Source: the human T2T-CHM13v2.0 reference genome, Homo sapiens. From it: a stretch of DNA of 64,000 nucleotides. How positions within the stretch are numbered: the stretch's first letter is position 1; each line of letters begins with the position of its first letter. Shown in pieces: positions 60,284-64,000 of this stretch. Location: the NCBI RefSeq assembly GCF_009914755.1, contig NC_060926.1; one strand, given 5' to 3'. The position numbers and the translations under genes are program-made. The notes beneath the pieces were generated by a model. That model did not search any database, was not told where the DNA came from, and saw only the letters and a list, made by a program, of their open reading frames with translations.

Positions 60284-60577
60284 AGCTAGGCACAATGACT
60301 CATGCCTATAATCTCAGTAATTTGGGAGGCCAAGGTGGGTGGATCACTTGAGTTCTGGCATTCAAGACCAACCTGGGCAGCAAGGCAAAATCCACCTCCA
60401 TAAAAATTAGAAAAATTAGCCAGGCATAGTGGTGTTCACCTGTTTCTCAGCAACTTGGGAGGCCTAAGTGGGCGGATCACTTGAGGCTGGAAGGCAAAGG
60501 TGGCAGTGAGTCAGGATCACACCACTGCACTCCAGCCTGGGCAACAAACTGAGACCTTGTCTCAAAAGAAAAAAAAA
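60284..60577 (+). mobile_element. AluJ
   Basis: GGATCACTTGAG in both arms, CCTGGGCAGC, GAGACCTTGTCTC; 12-bp TSD AATTCAAAGGAT at 60271-60282 and 60582-60593. Confidence 0.88.
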
Positions 60578-61333
60578 CACTAATTCAAAGGATCATTAGT
60601 GGCCTGATGAGCAACTATAAGCTCATACAGGAGAGTCTAGAAGAAATGAACAAATTCCTAGGCACATGCCACCTACCAAGATTGAACCAGGAAGAAACTC
60701 AAAACCTAGACAGACCAATAACAAGTAATGAGGTTGAAGCTGTAATAAAAAGTCTAGTAAAGAAAAGCCTAGGACACGATGGTTTCTCTGCTGAATTCTA
60801 CCAAACATTTAAAGAAGAACTAATAGCAATTTTACTAAAATTATTCTGAAAAATAGAGGAGGTTGGAATACTATCCAACTCATTTTATGAGCCCAGTATT
60901 ACCCTGATACCAAAACCAGACAAAGACACATCAACAAAAAAGAAAACTACAGGTCGATATCCCTGGTAAATATTGATGCAAAAATCTTCTACAAAATACT
61001 GGCTGACTGAATTCAACAATACGTTTAAAAGATTATTCATCATAACCAAGTAGGATTTATCCCAGGGATGCAAGGATGGTTCGACATATACAAATCAATG
61101 AATGGGATACATCATATCAACAAAATGAAGGACAAAAACCATATGATCACTTCAACTGATGCTGTAAAAGCGTTTGATAAAATATAACATCCTTTCATGA
61201 TAAAAACTCTCAAACAACTGGTATAGAAGAAACATGCCTCAACATAATAAAAGCTATACATTACAGACCCACAGCTAGAAACGTACCAAATGGGGAAAAA
61301 TTGAAAGTCTTTCCTCTAAGATCTGGAATATGA

Positions 61334-61423
<90 letters not shown>

Positions 61424-62582
61424 TAAACTGGAAAGGAAGAAATCAAATTATACTTGTTTGCAGATGATATGGCCTTATATTTGGAAAAACCTAATTACTC
61501 CACCAAAAAACTATTCAAACTGATAAACAAATTTAGTAGAGTTGTAGGATACAGCAGCAACATACGAAAATCAGTGCCATTTCTATATGGCAGTGGTGAA
61601 CCTTCTGAAAATGAAATAAGAAAAGAAATCCCATTTATGATACACACAAATACAATCAAATACCTAGGAATTAACTCAACCAAAGAAGTAAAAAAAACTC
61701 TACAATGAATACTATAAAACTGATTTTAAAAAATTGAAGAGGACACTGAAAAAGGAAAGATATTCCATGTTCATGGATTAGAAGAATCAATATTGTTAAT
61801 AAAATGTCCATATTACCCAACACAATCTACAGATTTAAAGCAATCACTGTCAAAATAGCAGTGACATTCTTCACAGAAATGGGAAAAACAATCATAAAAT
61901 TTCTATGGAACCCTGAAGATCCAGAAAGTCAATGCTATCCTGAGCAAAAAGAACAAAACTGGAGGAAAAACATTACCTAACTTCAAATTATACTACAGAG
62001 GTATAGCAACCAAAAGAGCATGGTACTGGCATAAAAACAGACACATAAACCAATAAAACAGAACAAAGAACGCAGAAACAAACCCACACACATACAGTGA
62101 GCCAATTTTTGACAAAGGTGCCAAGAACATACACTGGGGAAGGCTATCTCTTCAATTAATTGTGCTGGGATAATTGGATGTTTATATGCATAAAAATGAC
62201 ACTAGACTTCTGTCTCTCACTGTACACAAAAATCAAATCAAAATGAATTAAAGAGTTAAATCTGATACCTCAAACTATGAAAACACTACAAGAAAACATC
62301 AGGGAAACTCTCCAGGGCATTGGCCTGGGCAAAAATTTTTTGAATAATACCCCACAAGCAGAGGCAACCAAAATAAAAATAGACAATTGGATCACATCAA
62401 GTTAAAAAAAACTCTGAACAAGCAAATGATACAATCAATAAAATGAAGGGACAACACATAGAATGGAAGAAAATATTTGCAAACTACTCGTCTGACTAGG
62501 GGTTAATAACCAGAAAATAAAAAGCTCAAACAACTCTATAGAAAAGCTCTAAGAATCTGATCAAAAACTGGGCAAAAGGTTT

Positions 62583-63034
62583 TGTGTTAGTCAGGGTTGT
62601 CTAGAGGGACAGAACTAACAGGATATAGATACATACACATATATGATATAAAGGGGAGTTTATTAAGTATTAACTCACATGAACACAAGGTCCCACAATA
62701 GGCCATCTGCAAGCTGAGGAGTAAGAAGAGCCAGTCTAAGTCCCACAACTGAAAAACCTGGAGTCCGATGTTTGAGGGCACTAAGCATGCAGCATGGGAA
62801 AAAGATATAGCCTGGGAGGCTAGGCCAGTCTCACATTTTCACATTTTTCTGCCTGCTTTATATTCACTGGAAGCTGATTAGATGGTGCCCACCCAGATTA
62901 AGGGTGGATCTGCCTTCCACAGCCCTCTGACACAAATGTTAATCCCCTTTGGTAACACCATCACAGAAAAAACCAGGATCAATACTTTGCATTCTTCATT
63001 CCAATGAAGTTGACACTCAGTATTAACCATCACC
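62583..63034 (-). mobile_element. MLT2A1 LTR (3' LTR of HERVL)
   Basis: TGTGTTAGTCAGGGTTGTCTAGAGGGACAGAACTAA...AAGGGGAGTTTATTAAGTATTAACTCAC...AGTTGACACTCAGTATTAACCATCAC; abuts a PPT-like internal end. Confidence 0.9.
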
Positions 63035-64000
63035 AAGTGTACCCCTTGTCAACTTGAACCCACACACATCTCCTGAGATCATACATACTCTTCAAATAAA
63101 GATAATAATAAGGTCATAATTATTCCTACCATAATACAACTATCCTTCGTGCAACCAGAAATGCACCAATCCCTAAACCAAATATTATTACATAAAGTTA
63201 ACAATACATAAATGCTGATATGAAGTCAATAAATCTTATGTCACATGATAAAGGAAATAAAATGAAGATATTTTCTTAGTACAAGTGTATGCACGCACAA
63301 ACATGTTTTTAACGAAAGGAGGATATACTTATGAGAGTTACAGTCTTCGTTTCTGCAGGTAGTCATGTGGTTGTAGCTGCTATTGATGACTACCTTCTTC
63401 TACCACCCATTCTGTGTTCCCTTTGCCTTCAGCAAATAGCTCAGCAGGTCGTGTTTTTTTCCTGGTGGAGTAACCCAAACCTTCATTCCTGAAGGGTCTG
63501 GGCCATTTGTAGTCCTGCCTCGATTGGGCTCTTGTGGTTTCCCATTGACGTTAATCACAGGGCATGGTAATACTAAGAGATGCCCTAATGGATCTCCTGT
63601 ATTCCATGTATACTCTTCTTTACCTTCGTTGTGGAATAATACATCATCTTGATAGTCTGGGTCAATCACTCCAGCCAACTCCCTTCTTAGCCTGTTGACT
63701 TAAAGGTAGGAGGAGCCCAAAGCGCCCAGGCGGCAATCTTAACTTCCAGTTTAATGGAACCATTGTTGTGCCTCCTAGTGGCAGTCTTCCTCCCTCTGGA
63801 ACTAAGACCTCTAGGCCAGGAGAACATAATTTCGTGGGAATAGGAAGCAAAAATTTTGCTAGTGGATCACTAGGGGTGATGGTGAGTGGTGCCACTTCCA
63901 CTTTTACCCTTTGATTCCTGGACCCATGAGTCCTGGCTATGTGAGAAACAGTACTATATATCAGATGCTGATTCAGAGCAAACACAGCCATCCGGAGAAC
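63035..64000 (-). pseudogene. HERVL internal 3' region: integrase C-terminus and dUTPase, frameshifted; continues past the window end
   Basis: AVFALNQHLIY...HGSRNQRVKVEVAPLTITPSDPLAKFLLP...PLNWKLRLPPGRFGLLLPLSQQAKKG / AGVIDPDYQ...WNTGDPLGHLLVLPCPV. Confidence 0.9.

Overview
Human (or near-human primate) genomic DNA; the diagnostic AluYa5 and AluYb8 copies point to Homo sapiens. The window is AT-rich, CpG-poor and dominated by transposable elements, with roughly half of it LINE-1. I can support no host protein-coding exon, RNA gene or CpG island, and the long ORFs in the track are L1, Alu or ERV remnants. Main contents: (1) a near-full-length L1PA4-like element (503-6113) whose 5'UTR lacks about 0.5 kb exactly between a known L1 splice donor and acceptor, i.e. 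a spliced integrated retrotransposed element (SpIRE97/622 type); (2) a full-length old L1MA (9844-17361) carrying AluS and AluYa5 insertions; (3) a mosaic of ancient L1MC/MD/ME, LTR16, MER6A, THE1 and a consensus-like AluYb8 (21-30 kb); (4) a relatively repeat-poor stretch (about 31.3-37.2 kb) with enhancer-like motif clusters; (5) a 5'-truncated L1PA7; (6) a nested stack (47-64 kb) of an ERVL RT fragment, an old L1M containing a complete THE1D provirus and a MER2, and a second L1M containing AluY, LTR8A, AluJ and the 3' end of a HERVL provirus (MLT2A1 LTR plus dUTPase/integrase). I found no convincing new biological system; the best leads are the spliced L1, the young Alus, a local 220-bp duplication and the candidate regulatory elements. 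Subfamily calls come from recalled consensus features, not from an alignment run.
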